Source: Antedon mediterranea (Eukaryota; Animalia; Echinodermata). Taken from it: a stretch of DNA of 64,000 nucleotides. Of this stretch, positions 1 to 33,439 are shown piece by piece (within the stretch, counting starts at the first letter, position 1; every line of letters begins with the position of its first letter). The translations under genes were made by a program, and so were the position numbers. A model generated the notes under the pieces. That model had not been told where the DNA came from. It worked only from the letters and a program-made list of their open reading frames with translations, and searched no databases. The stretch is from positions 29,512,001 to 29,576,000 of the forward strand of contig NC_092674.1 of the NCBI RefSeq assembly GCF_964355755.1. The letters are read 5' to 3'.

Positions 1-143
1 TGCACATTTCTAAACCAATTTTTCTAGGCATACCTCATTGCCATAAAATTAATTTGAAATATAATTTGTTTTTCTATTAGTAATAAAATCAGTCATAAAA
101 ATCCTGACATAAAAGTTTTATAATATATTTCATTTCAGGTTGA

Positions 144-17997
<17,854 letters not shown>

Positions 17998-18397
17998 CGT
18001 TCTTGTTTTTCCACGTGTCTAGTACTCACAAAATGCTTGCAACCAAAATTTATTTATTTTTGGTGGTTAATTATGCGAAAATCTAAATGTCGCATCCTTG
18101 TGTTATTTTTTTTAGAAAGAGATAATTGAATGTTTTCTGTTATTTGTGTTGCCTGCCTATGATTGTTAATGTGTGAAAAGTTGATCAAGATATATTGTAA
18201 ATATATTTGTTTAAATAATCAATTGTTTTTATTACTTTTGACATAGATTTAGATTTTTCCCAGTTACAGTACTTACAGTAGTCTTCACCTGCTGTGTACA
18301 AACAAATCCACAAACATTTGCTATCAAATAATTAAGGCTGTTAAATTCTGTCTATCATGCACAAACTTCCAGACTTTCAGCTCAAAGGCGTCTATTC

Positions 18398-18537
18398 TTT
18401 GACCAGCCAAGTGATGTCAATTTTTGGGCCAGCTCAAAAGTGTCCACTTTTGGGCCAGTCCAAGAGTGTCCATTTTTGGGCCAGTCCAAGAGTGTTCATT
18501 TTTAGACCAGCACAAGAGTGTCTGTTTTGGGACAGTC
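18398..18537. repeat. 26-bp degenerate minisatellite x~5 downstream of the Smad stop codon
   Basis: GGGCCAG core at 18426, 18452, 18478 with degenerate flanking copies. Confidence 0.85.
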
Positions 18538-20909
18538 GTGTATTCTAATATATTACTTGTGAACCAATACTGTATTGCTCTACATTTTTTAACAATAAAT
18601 TTTTCTATCTATTATAAATTGTAAATATTATTTTCCAAGGAGCTTACTCATCCGTGGCTTTTTAATTTGCATATTCATAAGCTTATTAATTTTGATTTAT
18701 TACTTATTTTCAATGCGTTTATCTTGTGAATAAAAATGCACATAAATTTTGACATTAATACTGGCAATGTTTTGATGTTCCATTAAACTTATGAATTTAA
18801 CATAAATCGCTTATCCCAAACATGTGAAACTTATGTTCAGTTTAACGACATTCAAACACTTTTATCATGAATTTTAACGCACCATAAGTGGTGTATTTTA
18901 TGGCGGAAACATCGTGTGGTTATATCATCGTAAATTTGGTGTTAACATGTTAATGTTGTGTAAGTTTTATATTGGCTGATACTGTGTGTCAGTGATGTGG
19001 TACAAGTGAGATGAATTACGGATTGTAGTTATACTAACTAGGGCCCAAATTTGATCACAAAATGTTATTTGTGAAATAGTTTTTTGTTAACATTCGATTG
19101 GGATATACAACACACTAATCATGGAGTTTTACATTAGTTTTAACAGAAGATACTATTGTATATATTGGCATATGACCATGTTAGGAAGCCATTGCGGTGC
19201 ACATGCTTCATCATATGGTTCTTATTAATACATAAACTGCGTAGATTTCACGCTTAAGTGCACATTAAGTTCGCATGACATGTTTTGCAGTGATATTAAA
19301 TAGTGTAGAAGGTATGTTAGTGACTACAGATGGGTTTCAACAGTAATATAGGGAGAAGGAAACGTATTCTTTATTCATATGTCAAAATGCATAACAAAAT
19401 ACAGTCAAAATTCACCCCAAAAAATAACATTTTGTGAAGGAAAACATTTAAGAACACTAATTGAATTACTGTATGGCATGGTTGATTATCACATTGTTTG
19501 TTGAAGTCTATGTCAACAGATGTATACAATACTTAAAATCCAAGTATTCTTGTTGTTTTATAATTGATATGATGGTATGCATGTTATCTACTGATAAATA
19601 AATAATTAATCATTAATTTAAATGTAATATTTGATAATGCAGATAATGATATTGTGTGGGTTTATTTCATTATTAATTAAACAAAAGGCAAATTAGGCCA
19701 AATCTGATTGATAAAGTGGACTTTAATTCAAAGAAGACCATATATATTTAAACAGCAGTTGATTCTCACAAAACTGGACCTAAAAACGATCCTAAAATGT
19801 CAAATTCTTTTTTAATATTTGAACTGCAATCAGATAACAGTGTTTGCTAGCGAATGAATGATGTTGACTGTACATACTGTTATTGCGAGTTGAATAAACT
19901 GTATGTAAAGGTCACCACAATACTAAAATGTAAGATTTTGTATAAAAAAAAAAGTTAGTTTATCGCACTTTATGTTTTTTAAATTGACTGACATAATGCT
20001 TATGTTTTAAAAGGTCATCAGTAAAAGCTATACTGTAGAACGAAAGATGCCAAGTGTGTACTGAAGTCAGATCTGTAAACATACAAATATCCTCGAACAA
20101 AAATCAGGGATGGCCTCACATTCACACTTAGGCTAAGGGAAACACTTACCCCTAAAATTAAAAAAATCTTCTATCTAAGTGAATACAATTTACTTTACTA
20201 CTACTTAAATGTGTATATATATTTAAGTGGAATACATTAATGGAAATATCTCGGCGCTTAGAAGTTTCACAACATTAGGCGCTATATCCAGGATATTATT
20301 ATTATTATTAAGTGTGATTGGTGAATAAGGCACAGTTTTCTAGCAGATTTTGAGGTAGTTTCTTTGGTAAAATCCCAGTGACAAGTATTAACAATACTTT
20401 CTAAAAGAGCGCAACATGTTTTGGTTTATTATACTGTACTGATATTTAAAATAAAAAATCTATTGGTAGATTTGTAATACTGTACACTGTACCAAATAGG
20501 TAATGAAACCATAGATCCAGTATGAAAGATATCTCGTATCATTTCATTTAAAACTCCCCATATTGGGATTCGAACCAAATATTTTGTAATTAACTGATTG
20601 CGCCTAATTTTAATTATTTCGTCTGAGATATTCGGACAAATCTTTTTAAATTTCTGAAATGGTTTGTTATTTTCGATATGCATGACTGCACGGACAGAGG
20701 CACAAACCCATTAGTCCATAATGTTGTTTTCTTTAACATATGGCTTGTAAATATATCTTGATTTTTACTGTGATTATTTAATGAAATTCCTCCAATGATT
20801 TGGTGGTCGGTCAGCTGTGATTACGCACACAAATATATATAGAATTAATAGATTAATATTATTGTATAGATGTTTCTTAATGCAATTCTGATATATTGTA
20901 ACTATTGAT

Positions 20910-21205
20910 ACAATCATGATGTAATGTAATGATTATGAAGGTAAATCATGATGTAATGATTATGGACCTAAATCATGATGTAATGATTATGGACCTAAAT
21001 CATGATATAATGATTATGGACCTAAATCATGATGTAATGATATGGAGGAGGTAAATCATGATGTAATGATTTGGGGGAGGGGGTGGGGGTGGGACTAAAT
21101 CATGATGTAATGATTATGTAAAATCATGATGTAATGAATATGAGGTAAATGGTGGTAAATCATGATGTAATGATTATGCGGTAAATCATGATGTAATGAT
21201 CATGT
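20910..21205. repeat. Degenerate ~27-bp minisatellite (TAAATCATGATGTAATGATTATGGACC)
   Basis: About 9 copies of AAATCATGATGTAATGA with variable linkers. Confidence 0.85.
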
Positions 21206-21917
21206 ATGTAAATTAGGATGGGAAAGGATAAATATTGCGAACCATTCAATCTTAGTGTAAGGTCTTAAGGTAATTTTAAATTGGCATTCATAATTCATAT
21301 GAATTTATATTATTACCGTATAATCTACATTTTTTTTGCTTTTTGACAATCGGCCAATTCAAGGAAACTGGGTCAAGCAACAATATCATATCTTATATTT
21401 CAACAGCTTATCTTGACATTTAAACAGAATATTCTTAAAGTGGTATAAAAATTAGTAAGATAAGAAGCTAATTACTGTAAAAAAATTAACTGGAAATGTT
21501 TTATCCTTGTAAATTAAACCTCGCTATGGACTTAATTGCTGTAAAATATCTGAAATTGTGGGGATTTTTATATTTGTAAACCAATCCTGTATGTTGTTAA
21601 CTGTCTTGATCACTTTTCATTTGTAATCTTTTGTGTATTTAGAAACAAAATAACTTATAGATATTGTTAATGATATTGCTATTTATTTTATTTGTATGCG
21701 TCTTTGTACTATTGTGTGAATATTTTTTTTTGTAGGTAAGTTTAATAAAGAAGCATGCTTATAGAATATAGATTGAAGAAAAACACACAAAAGCAAAGTA
21801 CTAGACGGACTTAAAACAAGAAAAAAAACGGTAGAAATAAGTGCATGATTGAATGTTAAAGTTCAAAATAAAAAGCTGTCGTCTGTAGAAATAATATCCT
21901 ATGTTTTTTATTTATTA

Positions 21918-22188
21918 AGCTCTGTCTACACTATCAAACTTTATGTGACAAAAAAATGTGATGTGCCTATATGGACATGGTGATATGGTCATATTTTATA
22001 TTATTACCGTATAATCTACATTTTTTTTGCTTTTTGACAATCGGCCAATTCAGGGAAACTGGGTCAAGCAACAATCTATCCTGTTTTGAAATTATGGTCA
22101 TATCACTACCATATTTGTGAATATCACTAACATATTTGGGAACATCACACTTTTTTGTCTTAACTAGTTTGATAGTGTAAACAGAGCT
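21918..22188. mobile_element. PIF/Harbinger-type MITE copy carrying a locally templated insertion
   Basis: Same TIRs as 16508-16644; TTA TSD at 21915-21917 and 22189-22191; insertion at about 21995-22095. Confidence 0.88.
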
Positions 22189-22543
22189 TTATATTGTTTT
22201 GTTAGTGTTGCTAATATCAAAATGTATTGTTTGTAAAAAGCTGTATGTGTGACGGATCATGTCAAAATTTCAACTGGAGTCACTCTTTATCCTGTTTTGA
22301 AATTATTTTTTTAGCGTTACTGAAATCATACATTATTGAAGTAAAAAATACTTTTCTGCAGTAGAATAAATTGATGATTTTAATTTCCTCCATCAGCCTC
22401 ACTTCAAAACCATACAATAGATTGATATACTAAAGATTAAATACATTATTTGAATCTTTTTAAAAACCAAGTTTTTATTAAAAACGTTGATCTCATATTA
22501 TTATATTATTATTATTATATACAGTAATATTGAATTGAGTACA

Positions 22544-24366
22544 TTGAGCTAGATGAACATCACTAATGTTACCCCTCTAATTACAGGGTTCTTGAGCTAG
22601 ATGAACATCACTAATGTTACCCCTCTAATTACAGGGTTCTTGAGCTAGATGAACATCACTAATGTTACCCCTCTAATTACAGGGTTCTTGAGCTAGATGA
22701 ACATCACTAATGTTAGCCCTCTAATTGCAGGGTTCTTGAGCTAGATGAACATCACTAATGTTACCCCTCTAATTACAGGGTTCTTGAGCTAGATGAACAT
22801 CACTAATGTTACCCCTCTAATTACAGGGTTCTTGAGCTAGATGAACATCACTAATGTTAGCCCTCTAATTGCAGGGTTCTTGAGCTAGATGAACATCACT
22901 AATGTTACCCCTCTAATTACAGGGTTCTTGAGCTAGATGAACATCACTAATGTTAGCCCTCTAATTACAGGGTTCTTGAGCTAGATGAACATCACTAATG
23001 TTAGCCCTCTAATTACAGGGTTCTTGAGCTAGATGAACATCACTAATGTTAGCCCTCTAATTACAGGGTTCTTGAGCTAGATGAACATCACTAATGTTAG
23101 CCCTCTAATTACAGGGTTCTTGAGCTAGATGAACATCACTAATGTTACCCCTCTAATTACAGGGTTCTTGAGCTAGATGAACATCACTAATGTTAGCCCT
23201 CTAATTGCAGGGTTCTTGAGCTAGATGAACATCACTAATGTTAGCCCTCTAATTACAGGGTTCTTGAGCTAGATGAACATCACTAATGTTAGCCCTCTAA
23301 TTACAGGGTTCTTGAGCTAGATGAACATCACTAATGTTAGCCCTCTAATTACAGGGTTCTTGAGCTAGATGAACATCACTAATGTTACCCCTCTAATTAC
23401 AGGGTTCTTGAGCTAGATGAACATCACTAATGTTACCCCTCTAATTACAGGGTTCTTGAGCTAGATGAACATCACTAATGTTAGCCCTCTAATTACAGGG
23501 TTCTTGAGCTAGATGAACATCACTAATGTTACCCCTCTAATTACAGGGTTCTTGAGCTAGATGAACATCACTAATGTTACCCCTCTAATTACAGGGTTCT
23601 TGAGCTAGATGAACATCACTAATGTTAGCCCTCTAATTACAGGGTTCTTGAGCTAGATGAACATCACTAATGTTACCCCTCTAATTACAGGGTTCTTGAG
23701 CTAGATGAACATCACTAATGTTACCCCTCTAATTACAGGGTTCTTGAGCTAGATGAACATCACTAATGTTACCCCTCTAATTACAGGGTTCTTGAGCTAG
23801 ATGAACATCACTAATGTTACCCCTCTAATCACAGGGTTCTTGAGCTAGATGATAAACAGATGAACATCACTAATGTTACCCCTCTAATTACAGGGTTCTT
23901 GAGCTAGATGAACATCACTAATGTTACCCCTCTAATTACAGGGTTCTTGAGCTAGATGAACATCACTAATGTTACCCTTCTAATTACAGGGTTCTTGAGC
24001 TAGATGAACATCACTAATGTTACCCCTCTAATTACAGGGTTCTTGAGCTAGATGAACATCACTAATGTTACCCCTCTAATTACAGGGTTCTTGAGCTAGA
24101 TGAACATCACTAATGTTACCCCTCTAATTACAGGGTTCTTGAGCTAGATGAACATCACTAATGTTACCCCTCTAATTACAGGGTTCTTGAGCTAGATGAA
24201 CATCACTAATGTTACCCCTCTAATCACAGGGTTCTTGAGCTAGATGATAAACAGATGAACATCACTAATGTTACCCCTCTAATTACAGGGTTCTTGAGCT
24301 AGATGATAAACAGATGGACATCACTAATGTTACCCCTCTAATTACAGGGTTCTTGAGCTAGATGAG
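22544..24366. repeat. 48-bp satellite, ~37-38 near-identical copies
   Basis: Unit TTGAGCTAGATGAACATCACTAATGTTA(C/G)CCCTCTAATTACAGGGTTC; three copies near the 3' end carry a 10-bp insertion. Confidence 0.98.
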
Positions 24367-25843
24367 CTACAAATAACCCTCTAATTTTAAACCACTTTTG
24401 CGCCAGAAGCACAATTGCTCTGTATTCAGTATTTACATAATAGTAGTGTCCCTCTACTTGCTTTGTTCTTTTTACCCATCATTTTATAACTAGTATTAAA
24501 TGCTTACATCGTCAAAATGATCACATGTTTGTTTTGTACATAGTAATAAATGTTTTCCTTCAAATTGTTTTCAAGTTTTTTTCATTTACTAGTTTATACT
24601 ATAAGGTAAGCCTAATTTTGGGGAGGGGTGGGGAGGTTTGATGCAGCAGTGGGTAAGGAGATCCATTTGATCAAATGGTTCGTTCATCACAAAGTCCAAA
24701 GGATCGACGCAAGTTTTTCTTGATAAAATTGTACGTGCGCGTACAAACGCTGATAACATTGTATTCGTTTTTATACGCGCACCTCAGCTTTGTGTAACCA
24801 TCTGTCCTAGATCTAGACAACACATACAAAAACTGTATTGAGGAAACGAGTATTATAGAGGGCGCTAGGTACTTAACTGTACTGTTTTATTTCGAGGCTC
24901 TGATAAGTTTGTTTGTTTGTTTGTTTTTACTATATTTCTTTAATTAAAGTTATAGATGTTGTTCTGGTTCATGTTCTTTTGTGGGCCTATATCAATTATA
25001 ATATTTACAGGATTAATTGTACACATTCACGATACAGACAAAGCAACACAACATAGCCACAAAAGTCACATAGATTATGCTATATGCCTACACATACCAA
25101 GTTTATATATTTTGTTATTGTGGTTAAAAGATTCGGTCTAAATATTTTAATTTTAATTTTATTTAATATCAAAATTTTAGCCATAGGCGTCTGAATTTGT
25201 AGGGACTCCATATACTTGTGCGTAAGCGCATCGCATCGCGAGTAGCTAGTTTTAGCTTTATATTTGTTTAGAATTATTTATTCCTAAAAATTACATGATG
25301 TAATTAATTACAAATACAAAACAAATCAGACATTTAAAATGCGTGCATGTACGTACGTATCACTAAAACAAATATAGATAAATAAAACATACCGTACTTT
25401 GTATTACTAAAATACGCATTTAGGCCTAAGTAAAAATTCTATTCTACTGAATAGAGTGAGAAAATTGGTTGTTTATTGACATTTAATATAATTAAAAAAC
25501 GAAGAAATGAGGTTTAGTTGTAAATTAATTGACAGTGCAGTGTGTATTTGTAGTATAGTAACATATAAGCATAGGAATAAGTTTCTCCATAGAAGTAACA
25601 AAATAACGAAAAACGCAACCTGGAAAGATAAAGAAGGCCATTTATTTTACGCTTTCGCAATATTATGTTTCGAAATTCTGAATTTGTTTATTTCGTCATA
25701 GCTTCGAGGTGATTCGAATATTTTAACAGATGCGTGTATGCCCATCCTATCATAAAAAAAAACAAATGAACTTGTTATTGATACTAATTCTATTTAAACG
25801 GGTAGGATTTTAACAACGGAATCGATGAACCGTGTTTGTGAAG

Positions 25844-26150
25844 CATGACGTCATGTCTATTTTTAGCACTAATCCTTGATGGCAGCTTTCAAAACAGTAA
25901 AGTCACTGGATCTAGTAGGTTCTAGTGTGAAAGGCTGTTTGTATATAAGTTAACGCTAAAACGTCGCTCTTCACTCAATCGACTGGCAGCAGGCAGAAGA
26001 TCATCTACAAAAACGAAGACTGAAAAGCGTTTAACTTTACGACATTTCTACAATTTGCTAAATTTATAGCTACTACGATACCGCAGTTAAAAAAGCAGTA
26101 GGACTAATTATTTTGAAGATCATCAGAGACGCAAAACGTGAAATGTGAGT
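25844..26150 (+). promoter_or_regulatory. Putative p62 promoter and non-coding first exon
   Basis: Palindromic CRE TGACGTCA 25846-25853, TATATAA 25942-25948, Inr-like TCACTC at 25971, strong donor GTGAGT at 26145. The p62 ATG directly follows an acceptor AG (27238-27239), so a 5' UTR exon is expected. Confidence 0.55.
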
Positions 26151-27239
26151 AGGCCTACATTACTTGTATGATTGGAAATATCATCATACATCATTTTTCT
26201 GCGTCTCTTTTTTATTCTTCCTTAGTAAAAGCAAAAAAATTACTTTTAATTAAACCAAATAATATTTGGTAATGTGATGCGATATGCAATAGAATACTAA
26301 ACACACATTTTCCTAGAACCAGCTTATTCTTGAACTTGTAATTATTAATCAAAATTACAGTATAACTCACTAAAACAGTTTTAAACTTAAAAATTGGCTT
26401 AAATACTAAAGGCCAGGGAGTCTGCCTGAATATGCAATACATTCGAACTAATGTAAAAGATCCTGTTATATTTAGTTGGAATAGGTAATCTAAGAATTGT
26501 ATTATTATATATGAATTAAAAGAACCGATTTTTCTAGCAAGATGATTTTCTTACATAACGGCATCATACTCATAGTTTAAGCACTAACTTGTTCTCTAAA
26601 ATAAGTCAAGCGTGTTAAAATGATGACGTCATAATTGGCCAATCATAATTCGTAATCTCTCTTCGCTTCACTGCTGCTTCTACTCTGATGTCAACAAAAT
26701 CGTCACGAAATTTGTGTACCAAAAATTGATGTTTAAATAATTAATTAAATGTACGCTTAATTTAAAATTTGTGTATGATATGCATGGAGTATTAGTCTTT
26801 GAGTTAGTTAAGGATTTTAATGCTTTTAAGTTGTGTAAATTAATTAAGCAGCAATGTCAGTAGGCCTCCTCATCATAGTCTATTATATAGCTGGCTAGTG
26901 TAGTAGACTCTAGTACTAGTAGTAAGTAGAGTATGTTCGGGGCGCTCTGCTCCGATCCTGGTGTAGTGTAGGTGGTCAGGAATTTATCGTGGTCAGCAGC
27001 CTACATAGACTACTTTAGGTCTAATTACTAATAACTATATAGTAGTTTATGCATGGAGGTATAAAATTATACCTCCATGGTTTAATGTGGCCTGCTAGAG
27101 TTTTGGATCAATATAAGATAACGCATATTTAGGTGGGTTTTTATTTTGCAAACAACTATACTATAAGCATATCCCCATAGGCCATATAGCTTTTAATGTT
27201 ACAATTTTAATTTATGATTATTTAATTAATTATTCACAG

Positions 27240-29392
<2,153 letters not shown>

Positions 29393-30744
29393 CCTCCTAC
29401 CAAGCTGGCCCTAGCAAGAAAAATCCAGGGGCTTAGGAGCAACATCTTTGGCTGGTCCGGATGTTGGCAACACTCCTTTTCAACTTTGTTTTATTAGATA
29501 GATGGTATTGGCACTATGTATAACCTTAATGTTTTAACATTTGATCATGTATTTTAAATGAAAACTGAGAATATATGTTTTGTTCTATAGACAAGATATA
29601 TTTCAGATATTAAACTCAAATATTATGTGGTGGTAAAGTTATATTTAAATTAAAGCATAGAAATTATAGATGTACCCTGATTGGTCAATTGATATCATGT
29701 AATATATAACTATAAGAAAGAAGTAATATAATATGCTTTATTATTGAAATTTACAATGGAATTTTTGGAACAAATTCCCACTTTTTAGTGGTTTTTTTTC
29801 ACCATTCACCGACTTCTTGATTCTGTTAAAAGTCATTTATTAAAGTAAATAAAATTATTTAAAATATTTTGATTAAAATGAATTAAATTAATAATTATTA
29901 TACCAGGAATTTCGAAAATAAATATATCTATTTTGGTTAAATATACCACAATCTCAATGCCATTTTAAAGAATATGTAAATTTGAAATTAACTAAAACGA
30001 GTTGTTTTTCCCAAATACAGTAAATGGTTAATGGAATTTATTGTTGAAATATTTAGTGGAAGCTAGAATAGTTTGTTATTAAAGAAAGTGTATTTAAGAA
30101 AGTTGACAACAATTAAATGTTGTGAGCAGAATTAGATAAAGTCATGTATACTTAAATTTACATGTGATCTCCAAAATATTCCAACTTCCAAAATAGTTAC
30201 TTATCATACCTCTACAGTTACATACTTGTGCCAAGTGACAGCATTTGAATCATTTACTATCCACGTGACCAATGTGAAAGGCTTCTTAAAGAGAATGAAT
30301 TATGTCAAAGGCTCAATAAAGAAAGATTTATTTGAAATATGTAATGTCAGCCGTATCATTTTCTGTACTATTATAGATTTTTTTTTAATAATCCAAAATA
30401 TTCGCTCTTTTAAATGTCATTTTAATGCATTAATATTACTATGTGAGCTTCGTATGGACGTATGCTAAAAGTTGTCTCGAAATTTTCCTTTTCCGAAAAT
30501 TCCTAAAATTCTGTATATTAATTTACTTTTCGTGTGCTATAGGCCTGAACTTGTTTAGGTTCTTTGTTTTATGTCCCTCATGTGTAATTGTGTATTGAGA
30601 TGTTATCTTAGCAGGACAGTCTGTACCTCTTACATGATTTATTTAATACATTTTGTAAAAAATATTTAAGCTCTGAATGGGAGAAACGGTCCTCTTTATT
30701 CTTCAACCAACAGGGCCATTACTGGTTGATACAATATATATATT

Positions 30745-31855
30745 AAAAAGTGGATATTTTGGAAATTTTTTTGAAAAAATCCCTGTACAGGGAAATTTTC
30801 GAAAAATGGCCGATTTTTTACCCTTTTATTTTTTGACATAAATGGTTACTACAGCATAATAAACATGCGCAGAGTCGAATAATTGTTTCTGCGCATGTCA
30901 ATTGAGCTATAGTAGCCACTTTTGACATAAATGGTTGCTATAGCATAATAAACATGCGCAGAGTCAAATAATGCGTTCTGCGCATGTCAATTGTGCTATA
31001 GTAACCAGTTTTATCGAAAAATAAAAAGGACGAAAATTGGCCATTTAAAAAAAAAAATCCCTGTACTGTACAGGGAAATTTTCAAAAATGCCCGATTTTC
31101 GACCCTTTTATTTTTTGACATAAATGGTTACTATAGCATAATAAACATGCGCAAAGTCAAGTAATGCGTTCTGCGCATGTGAATTGTGCTATAGTAACCA
31201 CTTTTGACATAAATGGTTACTATAGCATAATAAACATGCGCAGAGTCGAATAATGCGTTCTGCGCATGTCAATTGTGCTATAGTAACCACTTTTGACCTA
31301 AATGGTTACTATTATAATAAACATGCGCAGAGTCGAATAATTGGTTCTGCGCATGTCAATTGTACTATAGTAACCACTTTTGACATAAATGGTTACTATA
31401 GCATAATAAACATGCGCAGAGTCGAAGAATACATTCTGCGCTTGTGAATTGTGCTATAGTAACCAGTTTTATCGAAAAATAAAAAGGTCGTAAATTTGCC
31501 ATTTTTTTGAAAAAATCCCTGTACTATAGTACAGGGAAATTTTTGAGAAATGCCCAAATTTCGACCTTTTTATTTTTTGATATAACTACTTACTATGGCT
31601 CTATAAGATGATGATAACACAGTATATGCGCATATATGGCAATATTATTGCATAATTATTGATTTTTAAAAAGTGGATATTTTGGCCATTTTTAGAAAAA
31701 ATCACTGTCATAGTACAGGGAAATTTTGGAAAAATGCCCAAATTTCCACCTTTTAATTTTTTGACATAGCTAGTTACTATGGCTCTATAGGATGGCTCTA
31801 TAGGATGATGTTAACACAATATATGCGCATATATGGCAATATTAACGCACAATGG
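30745..31855. repeat. Complex palindromic tandem repeat (~89-bp hairpin units plus inverted linker blocks)
   Basis: Units at about 30832, 30921, 31114, 31203, 31292, 31379; each reads TGGTTACTATAGCA..ACATGCGCAGA-loop-TCTGCGCATGT..TGCTATAGTAACCA; linkers are centred on CCCTGTACAGGG-type palindromes. Confidence 0.9.
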
Positions 31856-32339
31856 GTAAGAAAGAATATAATATATTCTACATTCGCAACATTTAATTTC
31901 TAAGTAGTCACAGAACATAAATTGTGATTGAATTTCCTCAATACTACCCCATATCCCAAAACAACCCCATCCCTTCATAATACAAGAAATGAATCAAATG
32001 GTTTTCAAACATCACTAATATCAATGCCTATGGGGTTAGTAGAATGGAAGTTATATTAATCATCTGTTAAGATTTTTGATACTCTGGATCGAGCCCTATT
32101 TTAGAAGTCACATCAAACGCTACATTAACAATTTTTTGCTAAAACAACTCAACCGATTCGTGTTATTATCTGGGTTGAATTAAATATTGGAATTAATTAT
32201 GAACAATACAACTGAAAATATAATAGTAATATTGCAGTACTAGCGATCATCACTGGCGGCCTGTTTACTAATCAATCAGACTTGTGGTGGCACTACTCAT
32301 TTCTTATGGATAATATAATGCAACATCATTGTTTTGTCG

Positions 32340-32489
32340 AGTTCTGTCGACACTATCAAACTTTATGTGACAAAAAATGTGATGTGCCCATATGGTTGAG
32401 ATATGTCCAAATATAGTAGTGATATGACATCATCATGTCCATATATGGGCACATCACATAAAATAAGGTTTGATAGTGTAGACAAAGCT
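32340..32489. mobile_element. PIF/Harbinger-type MITE copy, nested in an older degenerate inverted repeat (~32235-32622)
   Basis: TIR-like ends AGTTCTGTCGACACTATCAAACT and GTTTGATAGTGTAGACAAAGCT; family internal sequence present. Confidence 0.8.
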
Positions 32490-33439
32490 TTAGGCAAATA
32501 GATTGTTTATTGATTGTATTTTAGGATACATCAATATGTATCAAAATAGTTTGTCTTTCTTGCCGCCACCACAAGACTTAGGTGATTTAGTACATTGCAG
32601 TCAGGTGATCATTAGTACTTGCCAAGCTGCCCATGAAGTGCATTTAACTACATGCTAAAACGACACCCAAGAAAGTCACCAATCAAAACAGGTGTCTTTT
32701 GGTTCAAAGAACTGTTCTGATTGGATGACATGTTCACTTGAGTGCCAAACATTGGCTCATCGCAACATAGCAGCCAATTTGAGGTAGATGAAGAAGGCCC
32801 GTCTATACAAGCCTTTTTTATACAATACAATAAGCCAAAAAAAAAAAGATGCTCATTAAAAAGATTCTACTTGCAAATAAGGCACACTTAAATAAATTTT
32901 CCTTTTGTTTATGTAGTCTAGTTTTTAAACACTAAAACTAAGGGCCTGTTCAGACCTACAGAGTTATGCTTTTGTATCGTATGTGGCGTAAAACTCTTAC
33001 TGGACCAGTAAGAAATTAGCGGAAGCCATCTCTTATGACACTGAACTCTTGTTGGTTATGAAAGCCCAACAAATCAACAACTTTGATCTTAAACTGATCA
33101 AATTTACTCTGAACGTACCATCACAAAACATTCATGCATGAATGAACGAAACAAATTTGTAAAATAACAAATAAAAACATTTTGACACTTATGTACTAAA
33201 AGATATCACACGCAAACAAGTATACATTTTATCCTCCATGATGATACTACGAATTATATCAATTTAACCCCAAATTGCCTAGTATTTTATATATAAACCA
33301 CACAATGTTATGATTGTATGATCTCTCTTTATTATTATTTACACAGCTTAAAAGATCTACTAAGCTATTTACAGCTTCTCTATATACACACTGAACTTGG
33401 TTATTCAGATACAGTTATATTTTTGTTGACATAAACAAC

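Noticed and set aside
22544-24366. CRISPR-like appearance of regular repeats (also the 106-bp arrays)
   Set aside because: Units are contiguous with no unique spacers, there are no cas genes, and the context is eukaryotic.
24855-24868. CTCF-like motifs (also near 40478, 48503, 59162)
   Set aside because: Only the 3' half of the consensus matches; unsupportable without ChIP data.
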